Origin: Pyrodictiaceae archaeon
GTDB taxonomy: Archaea; Thermoproteota; Thermoprotei_A; Sulfolobales; Pyrodictiaceae
DNA: 64,000 bases
Direction of reading: 5' to 3'
Assembly (NCBI GenBank): GCA_027036135.1
Contig: JALVSY010000007.1
Coordinates: 1,124,880-1,188,879 of the forward strand
The notes beneath the pieces are model-generated. The model did no database searches. It saw only the letters and a list, made by a program, of their open reading frames with translations, and had not been told where the DNA came from. This document shows, one piece after another, positions 39,096 to 48,560 of this stretch (position 1 is the first letter of the stretch; each line of letters starts with the position of its first letter). A program made the position numbers and the translations under genes.

Positions 39096-39986
39096 TTGGC
39101 CGCCGAGCGTGCTAGTGCCAGGGCTCACGCGGGTCTTGGCATTATTAATGCTATTGGCTCTGGAGGCTTTGGGGCCGCGACTGCCCTGGATCTATGGCTG
39201 CGCCTAGAGGCTTGGCGGTGCAATAGCAGCGGGGGCTACGTGGTTACTCGTGGCGAGCGCGTCGAAGTAGCTAGGGACATACTTGACTCAGTGACCAGTG
39301 TCGTCTCCGAGTACGCTGGCCGCGGCCTCCCGGGGCTGTGTACGAGGGGCTGGTCAGAGATACCCCTCGAGGCTGGGCTTAAGGGGAGTAGTGCCCTCAT
39401 AAACGCGCTGATACTGGCAGCGCTGGAGCTTGTGGGGGCTAGTGATCCTGGGCTGGAGATGTTGGCGAGGCTGGGGGTTAGGGCGGCGCGGCTAGCAGGC
39501 CTAACAGTCACAGGGGCTCTTGACGATCACCTCGTGGTCAGTGGGTGCGGTACCTACCTCACAGATAACCCTGGGCAACGAGTACTGGGCCACCTCGATG
39601 GCCCGGAGCGCTTCGTGGCGATAATTGTCCCGGGTAGGAGGAGTATAAGGAGCATAGAGCCAGGAGAGTTCCGCGCCTATGCTCCGCTCTACCTTGTTGC
39701 TTGGAGGCTCCTAGAGAAAGGAGAGTGGGGCCCAGCAGCCCTGGTCAATGGTGTCGCGACGAGCCTGGCGACGAGCACTTCTCCGAGAACCCTAGTAGAC
39801 CTAGTAGACATGGGCGCTGAGACAGCAGGGGTCTCGGGCAAGGGGCCAGCAATCTACGCGGTCACGGAGACCAGGGAGAAGGCCGAGAAAATAGCAACGG
39901 TTATGCAGAGAAAACATGGCGGCGAGGCACTTGTCACGCACACAATCCCGTGCACCGCGCAAAAGAGGAGAGAACCCTCTAGCTAG
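39096..39986 (+). CDS. aroK: Archaeal (GHMP-type) shikimate kinase
   Basis: IINAI..G.GA, SEIPLEAGLKGSSA, TVTGALDD, GVSGKGPA. Confidence 0.92.
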   Translation: MAAERASARAHAGLGIINAIGSGGFGAATALDLWLRLEAWRCNSSGGYVVTRGERVEVARDILDSVTSVVSEYAGRGLPGLCTRGWSEIPLEAGLKGSSALINALILAALELVGASDPGLEMLARLGVRAARLAGLTVTGALDDHLVVSGCGTYLTDNPGQRVLGHLDGPERFVAIIVPGRRSIRSIEPGEFRAYAPLYLVAWRLLEKGEWGPAALVNGVATSLATSTSPRTLVDLVDMGAETAGVSGKGPAIYAVTETREKAEKIATVMQRKHGGEALVTHTIPCTAQKRREPSS

Positions 39987-40881
39987 GGGCTACGAGTTCC
40001 TCCTCGGTCCCCAATGCACCCTTCTCGCCTATGCCCGCGCCCACGATGAATGGCTTGTGGCCGAGCACCGGGACCAGTATGCGCGCAGCGCGCTCAGCAG
40101 CCCCGGGGCCGCCTCCAACTATGACTAGGTGGCCCAGGTACGGGTCAACACCAGCACCGATAGCCCCCTCCTCTAGCGCGGCCTTCCTAGCCTTATCCAC
40201 GGCCTCGGCCACCACAGCGTCCCACGGCGATGGCTGGGAGAGGAACCCTTGCGGCCTCTCGTCCCAGCCACCGCTAGCGACGTGGCCGATTAGCGCCCCT
40301 AGCCCGGTAACGATTTGCCTCACCCGGTCAATAGTCACCATTACCTCCTCGCCTCGGGGCAGCTCTGCTCCAGCCTCAACAACATAGATGCTCCACGAGG
40401 GTCTACCCGGTAGCCTCGCATAGAGCGCGGGATTCTCTGAACCAGCAGCCACCCCGCCATAGAGCGCAGCAGCGACTAGAGGAGCCATCGGGGACCCTGC
40501 GGCCTCAGCAACCACGCTGTTAAGAACCCTGGCAAGATCCATGGGCGCAGGCTCAACGCCTAGTAAGTTGATAAGGGCAGCAGCGACCCCGGCGACAACA
40601 GAGGCCACGGGGCTCAGGCTCGGAGACGCGAGCCAAAGCCTTACCCGGAGCCGAGCCTCCTCACCCATCTCCTCCAAGAGCCTAGAAGCAGCCAAGTAAG
40701 CAGCCCGGGCCACGGTCCCAGTAGCCCCGCTAACCTCTACACTGATACCCTCCTCGCCGAGAAGCTCTACTACAACACGGGCCTCTACACGGTCAAGGGC
40801 AGCTCCGAGTGCCCCCGCTGCGATGCCTGGGAGAGAGACGACGCTCGGAGCGAGGGATGTGTAGCTCTTGACAGAAGCCAT
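39979..40881 (-). CDS. Divergent GHMP-fold protein, homoserine-kinase-like, lacking the canonical P-loop
   Basis: VAAALYGG, ARKAALEEGAIGAG and terminal IGEKGA match the ThrB layout; PxxxGLGSS replaced by ASPSLSPVAS. Confidence 0.55.
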   Translation of the reverse strand: MASVKSYTSLAPSVVSLPGIAAGALGAALDRVEARVVVELLGEEGISVEVSGATGTVARAAYLAASRLLEEMGEEARLRVRLWLASPSLSPVASVVAGVAAALINLLGVEPAPMDLARVLNSVVAEAAGSPMAPLVAAALYGGVAAGSENPALYARLPGRPSWSIYVVEAGAELPRGEEVMVTIDRVRQIVTGLGALIGHVASGGWDERPQGFLSQPSPWDAVVAEAVDKARKAALEEGAIGAGVDPYLGHLVIVGGGPGAAERAARILVPVLGHKPFIVGAGIGEKGALGTEEELVAPS

Positions 40882-41099
40882 GAACCAGATCCCTCCTGAA
40901 CCGGAGCGGGTGCTCGGATCCCTAGTAGCCTCTAGGACTAGGATGCGCAGGGTATACGCGTGCTCCATGCAATATATGGCGTAGCTTTCCCTAATTAATA
41001 CTAACCAGTCCGCCACTGGAGAAGAACGCTGGCATGGAGAAGGGGCAAGGAGTCAGCGACAAAAAACTAGTAAGATGCTTCTTGGGGGCTCCCACTTGT

Positions 41100-44000
41100 C
41101 TATATGACTACAGCTGTCAGTTCTAGTGGCAGTATTGACCAGTAGAAGAAGTAGTTTGTTGAGCTACAGCAAGTATTACCAACAGCCGTTACTGGTATTC
41201 CGTCTATACTTACGGCATACGATAGTGCATAGTTACCTGGTGTTGCTGTCCACTTAGCCTTAATATATAGTGTTGCCATTAGTATTGTTGTGCGCCAGTA
41301 ACTTGAGGCGAAAGTCCTTAACGTCTTTGTATAGAAGTATTTGCTGAACACTCTGGAGCCACCATAGTAAATGCTTGTTCCTATACGCTTTAGGAATTCA
41401 TTGGTCGATGTTATTGCTAGGCTTGGGTTGCTCAGCCTAGCTGGCATATATACTACGACTCTGGTATATATACCATAGCCCTTGCTGAGATACAGCGTCT
41501 GCGGATATATTCTTACTAGTACAGGTGTTATCTTTATAGTAAATGGCTCCTCTAGGCTCTTGCCGCTGAACTGTATGTTTCTAACAACTATTCTGTAAAC
41601 GCCTGGACCACTTATTGGCACTATAATTCTCGCATATCCAGGTACTGGTTCGTCAAAGGGCATTTTGAAATCGAGCGTTAGCTTTGCGCCGAGCTGGAGC
41701 CCGTGCACTACCATCGTCTTAACAGGGTACAGGTGTGCACCATTACTATCAGTATATGTCTTTGCGCCTATAATGGCCATGTGGTACTTATAGGGACCAT
41801 ATACTTGTATGTCAAGATTACTTGCGTAGTTCTTATCACTTACAGGCCACGACAGCTCTACTAGTAGGTATTTTATCGAAGGACTAGTAACTATTAGGGG
41901 GAATACCCTCCAATCGCCGCTTTCATATCTCCAAGTATAGTCAAAGACTCCTCTTAGATAGTAGTTCTGGTATAGGTTCTTTCTATCTATCCAGCTATAT
42001 CTCTTATAGCTTATTACTACACCATTGCCTATTGATGAGAGCTTATAGGCGTTGACGATGGTCGTTGGCACTAATACCTTATTGTGACTGAATATATTCT
42101 CTACCACAACGTAGCCTTCCTCAATACCTTTAATCGGTATTCCAAGGGTTCTTACTGGAAGATATGTTGTGCCTCTCACATATACAAATGAAGTCATAGG
42201 TAATATGCTGTACCATCTTGTGAACCTATAGCCCTCTATCCTCACAAGAGCATATGTTTTTGCACCAGTACCGCTCCAGCTGTTGCCGAAGACTCTATAA
42301 ACGAGCACTAGTTTCACGGGATAGTTTTCAACATTAATACCCGTATAAAGGCTCACTAGCTTCTTGATTTCAGCTATTTGGTATTTTAGATTTGCCACTT
42401 GTAAGTGGAAGCTGTTTGCACCTCGCAAGTCATACTGGATTCTGGCAGTTTCCCACGGCTCTATTTTACCATCATGGTTTAGGTCTATCCATGCCCACAG
42501 CTCTATACCGTTAAATAATATTCCCTTAGAATAGTTGCTGTATCTACCACTTGTATTGAAGTATTTGAATGGATATGCTAGACTTATTTCAATCATGTTA
42601 TACTTTTCGTATACAGCTGGGTTAATGATAGCTAATACTCTTGTATCGATATAACTCATTTTACCAAGGTCTAATAGCACTCTACCATTAATACAACGTG
42701 TCATCATAGTCACGCCAGGAGCGCCGCAAAGGCTGTGGCTGAAGACAAGCGTAGGCTTGACGGCATATACATGGTATATACCGTGACCATGTATTACTAA
42801 TGTCTCACTTCGTAGCCCAAGACTTGGAACAAATATCAGCTTTGGCTCATACCAGCTTAGCTCCACTGAACTTCCTTTACCATATGTAAATGCTGATATA
42901 TCATCATCCAGTAATACGTGATAAGCCTTCATAAAGTCCTTGTTATAGACTAGTGTTCCTTCTCCTCTTACTAGCTCGACAGCCCTAAGGGCATCAACGA
43001 AGCCAGCTCCCTGGCTAAATGGGTCAAACCCCGTATCATATGCACTATTCATCAATACGGTCTTTAGTAAAGGTGCTGGCATTCTGGCCCCATTATGTAG
43101 TTCCTTATACATTGTTACAACCAATGCAGCTACGCCAGCGGCCATTGGTGTTGCTTGACTAGTACCTCCAAAGAGATTAAATGCTAAGAAACCACTAAGA
43201 TGCCCCCATGTTAATGAATCCCATGGTCTTCCAACAGCGAAGGCAAAGCTCCCTATAGCTACTATATCTGGCTTTGATAGAAATGTCTCAGCAGGTCCTC
43301 GATCGCTCCAAGATACTATCTCCTTGTTGCCTCCTGGTAAGTACCCGAAGAGCGGTCTATAAGTGAACTCGGTGGCAGCACCCACGGTTATTACCATACT
43401 TGCTGCTCCAGGGACTGTTACAGTACCCCAACCAGGACCACCATTACCAGCTGCAACGAAGTCGGCTGTACCGCTAATAGCACTTGTATAATCAAATATC
43501 AAGCTGACAGGATCCATGCCGCTAGCCCAGCCCCATAAAGCCCAGGCGCTTATGCCGTAACTATTGCTGGTCTCATCAACTTGATGTCTACCAGTATATG
43601 TCCATGTCCACATCCCTCCCGCAAACGCTGTCCATGGATTCTGTGTACCGGGTACCGGCTCTACGAAGTATGGCTTACCATATGGTGTTTTCTCGTCGAA
43701 ACCGCTAAAGAAATACACCGATGTCAGTACATTTCCTAGCCATAGCGCAGAGGCAGCAGCTATCTTAGCCTCGGGTGCCTCGCCAGTAACTATGCTCCAG
43801 CCATTGTTTATGGGTCCATATCCTGTATAGGCGTAAACAGGGCGCCCAGCAGCAGTTGTTGCACAGAACGTTCCATGACCATAGAAATCATACTCTAAGT
43901 CAAAGTATTGCCCGCTCCATATATCCATGCCAGGCCAGATATAGCCAAGGCTTTCAAAAGTCCATGTATCCCATAGAAGTGATGAAGATATAGCATATCC

Positions 44001-45503
44001 TTCTTGTAGTTTGTTCATGATATGTTCCAGTACTCCTTTCTCCTGCATTAATATTAATCCTAAGGCGTCATTTACGTATCCAGCCAATGTGCCTACGCTG
44101 AAGTCGTAATACCCATCTCCGTTTATATCAAGTGCTGCTATTTCGTGTCCATAACGTATTGGGGTCTCGTTAGCAAAGCTATAGATAGGCCTCGATACAG
44201 GTGGAGGCGGGAAGTAGCTTGCAAGCCCGCACTCACTCGCAGCCTCATAAAGATAGTAGTAAGCAGTCTTCATATCAAGCAATATGGTGTCGTAGTACCC
44301 GTCTCCATTACTGTCATAAATTATTGCAGGGACAGTAAATGCTATTTTTCCTATAGGTGTATCTAGTACCCTTACTACAAGACCAAAATGAGGTGGTACA
44401 CGGGACTTAGTCACATTTACTGGTACTTGCCAGTATTCTGACAAGTTATAGATCACTTGACAACTACCAACAGAGGCGAATCCTTTATTATACTTGAATA
44501 CATATATTGGTGGCACGAAGAAGTAAAGTTTGCTTAGATTAACGTAGACATAACTGGAGTTTACTGGTACTGCCGCCACGGGCGTCAGCACTAGCCCATA
44601 CTCGTCGGAGTCGAGGATCAATGGTATACCATTGCTATCCCTCGCTATTGCGTCTAGGCCTAGGCCTGGGCTAGCATAATCCACACCAGTATCTATTATG
44701 GCTATTGTGGCGTTTTGGCCCATGTCGCCGTACTTGTACCACACATCTATAGCCTTTGTTATATTAACCGTGTAGTGTATTGGGCCGAACCCGCTACCCT
44801 CTGTCGGCAGAACTGCTGGGTTCTTTAGGCTAGGCTTCTGCTTTGCAAGCTTCTCGGCCTTAGCAAGATCTATGCTTGGCCTCTTGCCTTCAACAAGCTT
44901 CTCTAGTGCTATCTTGTCCCCTCTCCCTAGTAGCTCTTCTAGGGCCTTCTTGACCTTGGCCTTATCTACTGCATATATTGGCTTGCTTGTCGAAGCTAGC
45001 AGCTCGTCTATCCTTACATCTGGGAGTATTGCTGCTACAAAGCCGAGCCTCGATATCTTATCAATACTTGTCGGGGTAACCCAGCCAGCGACAACAGTGT
45101 AGAGATGCGTCGGGTAGACACCGGTTATCACCATGTACCTTGCTAGCTCCCTGATGTCCCTGAGGCTAACACCCTTTGGTAGGAGTAGTAGAGCCCTCGC
45201 ATATGGCTCCTTGGGCTTCTCCAGCTTGATGTGGGCGTGCTCGGCGAACTTCTCGGCAAAGTCTAGCACCGGGTCAAGTATACGACTCGTTGTCAGCGCT
45301 CCTTTTTGCCAGAAAGCCTTGCTGCGGAACGCTGGGTGGACGTAGGTTGTTAAGTGGTACTTGGGCTTAATAGTTGCGGCCGATGCTGGCGCGAACATTG
45401 CTGCATAGGGTAGAACCATGACGGCTACGACTATGACTGCGAAGAGTACGCGTAGAACATGTGGCCTCATATGCCCACACCCTTTTATTACCGCTGTTAA
45501 CAC
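41100..45503 (-). CDS. Large secreted S8 subtilase (pyrolysin/STABLE-like)
   Basis: Signal peptide; IIDTG, GHGTFCA, AAGNGG, SDRGP, KPDIVA, GTSQATPMAAG. Confidence 0.92.
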   Translation of the reverse strand: MLTAVIKGCGHMRPHVLRVLFAVIVVAVMVLPYAAMFAPASAATIKPKYHLTTYVHPAFRSKAFWQKGALTTSRILDPVLDFAEKFAEHAHIKLEKPKEPYARALLLLPKGVSLRDIRELARYMVITGVYPTHLYTVVAGWVTPTSIDKISRLGFVAAILPDVRIDELLASTSKPIYAVDKAKVKKALEELLGRGDKIALEKLVEGKRPSIDLAKAEKLAKQKPSLKNPAVLPTEGSGFGPIHYTVNITKAIDVWYKYGDMGQNATIAIIDTGVDYASPGLGLDAIARDSNGIPLILDSDEYGLVLTPVAAVPVNSSYVYVNLSKLYFFVPPIYVFKYNKGFASVGSCQVIYNLSEYWQVPVNVTKSRVPPHFGLVVRVLDTPIGKIAFTVPAIIYDSNGDGYYDTILLDMKTAYYYLYEAASECGLASYFPPPPVSRPIYSFANETPIRYGHEIAALDINGDGYYDFSVGTLAGYVNDALGLILMQEKGVLEHIMNKLQEGYAISSSLLWDTWTFESLGYIWPGMDIWSGQYFDLEYDFYGHGTFCATTAAGRPVYAYTGYGPINNGWSIVTGEAPEAKIAAASALWLGNVLTSVYFFSGFDEKTPYGKPYFVEPVPGTQNPWTAFAGGMWTWTYTGRHQVDETSNSYGISAWALWGWASGMDPVSLIFDYTSAISGTADFVAAGNGGPGWGTVTVPGAASMVITVGAATEFTYRPLFGYLPGGNKEIVSWSDRGPAETFLSKPDIVAIGSFAFAVGRPWDSLTWGHLSGFLAFNLFGGTSQATPMAAGVAALVVTMYKELHNGARMPAPLLKTVLMNSAYDTGFDPFSQGAGFVDALRAVELVRGEGTLVYNKDFMKAYHVLLDDDISAFTYGKGSSVELSWYEPKLIFVPSLGLRSETLVIHGHGIYHVYAVKPTLVFSHSLCGAPGVTMMTRCINGRVLLDLGKMSYIDTRVLAIINPAVYEKYNMIEISLAYPFKYFNTSGRYSNYSKGILFNGIELWAWIDLNHDGKIEPWETARIQYDLRGANSFHLQVANLKYQIAEIKKLVSLYTGINVENYPVKLVLVYRVFGNSWSGTGAKTYALVRIEGYRFTRWYSILPMTSFVYVRGTTYLPVRTLGIPIKGIEEGYVVVENIFSHNKVLVPTTIVNAYKLSSIGNGVVISYKRYSWIDRKNLYQNYYLRGVFDYTWRYESGDWRVFPLIVTSPSIKYLLVELSWPVSDKNYASNLDIQVYGPYKYHMAIIGAKTYTDSNGAHLYPVKTMVVHGLQLGAKLTLDFKMPFDEPVPGYARIIVPISGPGVYRIVVRNIQFSGKSLEEPFTIKITPVLVRIYPQTLYLSKGYGIYTRVVVYMPARLSNPSLAITSTNEFLKRIGTSIYYGGSRVFSKYFYTKTLRTFASSYWRTTILMATLYIKAKWTATPGNYALSYAVSIDGIPVTAVGNTCCSSTNYFFYWSILPLELTAVVI

Positions 45504-45765
45504 GGAATAATATTAAATTACCCATATAAATGCATCGCCGAGGCCCTAAGAGGGGAGACAATAACATATCCACGGTATACTGGGTCAGGGTGAGCAGTTC
45601 CACCCATATCTATGAGTACTCGGTGCCGCTAGGCGGGAACTAAGCAGTGTGCTCATTAACCTCGGAGCAGCAGCGCCATGGATGCGTGCTATTCCTGGCG
45701 GAATACAGTGGTAACTCTGCTGTGATACTGAGCGGCCTTGGCCAAGCCCTTGGCTATCTGGCGGT

Positions 45766-46038
45766 TTGCTTCAAAGGGTAATACATGGCAAAGATAATGT
45801 CATGGGGTGTGCACTGGTCTTGACGAGGCTCACACTCTATGCCCCAGGCGAGGAGAACGCCTCGCTAAGGGAGATTGCCGAGAAGCTCCAGAAGCTTGGC
45901 TACCACGTAGAGATGCGCGTAGCCTATGACGTATCGGGCCCTGTCCTCGTAGGTCCTTTTGGTAAGGTAAAGGGGCTTAAGGAGATAATGATCATTATGC
46001 GGCAGCTAGAGGCTAGTGATAGGGGCATCGAAGGCTAA
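45766..46038 (+). CDS. Small hypothetical protein (start uncertain)
   Basis: 90-aa ORF with protein-like composition; no motif recognised. Confidence 0.5.
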   Translation: MLQRVIHGKDNVMGCALVLTRLTLYAPGEENASLREIAEKLQKLGYHVEMRVAYDVSGPVLVGPFGKVKGLKEIMIIMRQLEASDRGIEG

Positions 46039-46077
46039 TCTATTACTTGCTTATATTTGCACCGAGTCTTTTGGTAG

Positions 46078-47202
46078 CTAGCTCCAGAAGAGCTTTATGA
46101 GGAATCGGAGTAGTTGTTCTAGTTCCCTGTAGTATTTCTCTAGGCCTTCAACCCTGGAATAGAACGAGATGATATAGGCTGGGTCATGTAGACCAGTATT
46201 AGGCGTGTAGACTAGCTTGGCGAGGCTCACTAGCTCTGATACGAGGTAGCTCACCGGGTGCCTCGACACAGCAGCGGCGAGCACCATTACTGCTAGGAGG
46301 GCCAGTGCACCGCCTATGGCCACCTTGCCCCAGTTGATGCCCTTCATGGCTGCCTTTGCCGCGGAGTAGCCAAGGTTGTAGCCCAGGAGCCCTATCAACC
46401 ACGCAATAGCAGCAGTCATGGCTGCCTCTAGGCCGAGGCCCGGGTTCTCAATCCTCAGTGCCCGGAGAATTCCCTGAGCAACTGGATACGCTAGCGGGGA
46501 GACAAAGAACCCAACGAGTACTCCCAGGACCCTGGGGAAGACCCGGTGGTACCACGTCTCCATTCTCTCCACAGCGCTTCTCTCGAGGCGTAGCTGCTCC
46601 TCAATCATTCTCTCAACGGCGTAGCCGGGGCTCGCTAGTGCCTGGAGTAGTGGCGCTACTAGGCGGGAGGAGACCCAATAGACTATGCCGAGCATAGAGG
46701 TGTAAAGGATTATCCTCACCACTATGCTTCTAGAGGCTAGTTTCCAGAACTCAGAGAGGGCTCCGGGGAGCTGAATGGAGAGCAGGGAATCGTAGAGCCT
46801 TGCTAGTAGCAGTGAGCCTAGATAGGCAGAGGCCAGCAAGGAGCCATAGATGACCGAGAGGCTCGCAATGGTGGCGTACCGGCAAGTGGTGCTGCACTCC
46901 CTCTTGGCCGCTAGGCCCCTCTCCGAGAGTAGCTCGTAGCCGGCCTCGAGGACTAGTGATGCGAGGACGAGGCCGAGCACAGTGCCTAGTCCCCGGGGGT
47001 TCTGAGCAACAGCCACGGCTGAGGCGATAATGGCTACTCCTAGCCCGAGCCGTGGCCTAGCAATAGCGGCTACCAGCGCTGTGGAGGCGAGCAACGCCTC
47101 TGCTACGAGGAGCCCGGGGAACAACAATGCAGCAGAGTAGGCGGCTAGCACCGCGACCGCTACCACTACCAGTATCCTCGTAACTAGCCTAGCCTCGGCC
47201 AT
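46078..47202 (-). CDS. Multi-pass membrane protein, last gene of the DUF58 operon
   Basis: Many TM segments; overlaps the DUF58 stop. Confidence 0.75.
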   Translation of the reverse strand: MAEARLVTRILVVVAVAVLAAYSAALLFPGLLVAEALLASTALVAAIARPRLGLGVAIIASAVAVAQNPRGLGTVLGLVLASLVLEAGYELLSERGLAAKRECSTTCRYATIASLSVIYGSLLASAYLGSLLLARLYDSLLSIQLPGALSEFWKLASRSIVVRIILYTSMLGIVYWVSSRLVAPLLQALASPGYAVERMIEEQLRLERSAVERMETWYHRVFPRVLGVLVGFFVSPLAYPVAQGILRALRIENPGLGLEAAMTAAIAWLIGLLGYNLGYSAAKAAMKGINWGKVAIGGALALLAVMVLAAAVSRHPVSYLVSELVSLAKLVYTPNTGLHDPAYIISFYSRVEGLEKYYRELEQLLRFLIKLFWS

Positions 47203-48560
47203 GTCCCCATCAGCCTCGCGTACTCAACTAGGCGCGCCAGCTCGCGGAGAACAATGCTCGGCGAGGAGTGGAGGACGGGGACTCCCTGGCCCTGTAGCTC
47301 CTCGGCGACAAGGGCCTGTTGCCTAGCAATGCCAAGGGCCTCGAGCCCGCTAAGAGGGTCTCTTACCGCCCCCGGTCTCGGGATAACGACTAGTACTGGG
47401 GTGCCTCGGCGCCTCGCTACACGATAGACCTCGTCGCTGAAGCGCCTCGCAGCCTCAGCGCTAAGACCCATATCGGTGACAAGAACTATGGCTGATTGGC
47501 TCCGTGGAGCTAGGCGCAGCAGGTCGCGGTAGAGACCAATAGTCTCGCTCGGTGCCCGTGGATAAGCTGTGCTTGGCCAAACTGTGCGTTCAGCTAATAA
47601 CTTATTGGCGTGGATAAGTGCCCGCCGGCCCCGTAGCCACCTTGTATAGTGGATCCTCCTCCCAGTAGCGGGTATAACAGCGGCCCGGACGACGTCGCCT
47701 CGGAGACCACTATAGGCCACGAGGCCGGCCACGAGCCGAGCGCCCTGCTCGAGAGGCGTGGCTCCGAGAGGTCCCTGGAACATCGTAGGAGACTCGTCGA
47801 GAACCACTATGAGCCTAACGATGCCTTCTTGCTCGAACACCTTTACTGCTAGTCTCCTCGTCCGCGCATAGGCCTTCCACTCTATGAGTCTCATATCGTC
47901 CCCTGGCTGGTATTCCCGTAGCTCGAGGAACTCTACGCCAACGCCACGCCTACGTGTACCCGCGACGCCACCCGGCTGATAGACAAGCGTTGCTGCTGCT
48001 CTGCGCCTCGGCAGCGGGGGCACCATTGGCTGGACACTCACCGTCGTGGAGGAGCCAATTCTCTGAGTGGCCCTAAGCAGGCCCAGCGGGTCTAGGCTCT
48101 CCACCTTGACGGGGCCCCACTCGTGCCTACCAATCACGGGCTTAACAACATAAGCTATCTCCACGCCGCCCTTGGCTGGTATGAGCGTAGCTGTACGGGG
48201 AGGCTTCTCGGCGACGAAGAGCCCCGGGGGCTCATCAGCTATAACCGTGTTGTCCAGCGCTACTAGGCTATCATTGACTACTCGTAGCCTTATAGTGGCC
48301 GCCTTGCCCTCGGTTAGGGGCTCAGGCACTATTCTCTCGACGCGTAGCCCGGCTATGACAGAGGACTTTACTGAGACGAGGTAAGCGGCTATGAGCATGT
48401 ATGCTAGCAGGGCTAGGCTAGCTGAGAGAAGAGCAGAGGCTAGGCGGGTATCTGGCTGAATAATCCCGGCAGCGCCCAGGGTGAGGGCTAGGGCTAGGAA
48501 TAAGCGGCCACAATGAGTCATCGCGACCGAGCCGCCTATGCCGAACCCTGTGTTAGCCAA
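47184..48560 (-). CDS. DUF58 (vWA-like) MoxR-associated protein
   Basis: DPLGL, GVEFLELREYQPGDDMRLIEWKAYART..L.VK.FE, LDESPTM. Confidence 0.9.
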   Translation of the reverse strand: MANTGFGIGGSVAMTHCGRLFLALALTLGAAGIIQPDTRLASALLSASLALLAYMLIAAYLVSVKSSVIAGLRVERIVPEPLTEGKAATIRLRVVNDSLVALDNTVIADEPPGLFVAEKPPRTATLIPAKGGVEIAYVVKPVIGRHEWGPVKVESLDPLGLLRATQRIGSSTTVSVQPMVPPLPRRRAAATLVYQPGGVAGTRRRGVGVEFLELREYQPGDDMRLIEWKAYARTRRLAVKVFEQEGIVRLIVVLDESPTMFQGPLGATPLEQGARLVAGLVAYSGLRGDVVRAAVIPATGRRIHYTRWLRGRRALIHANKLLAERTVWPSTAYPRAPSETIGLYRDLLRLAPRSQSAIVLVTDMGLSAEAARRFSDEVYRVARRRGTPVLVVIPRPGAVRDPLSGLEALGIARQQALVAEELQGQGVPVLHSSPSIVLRELARLVEYARLMGTWPRLG

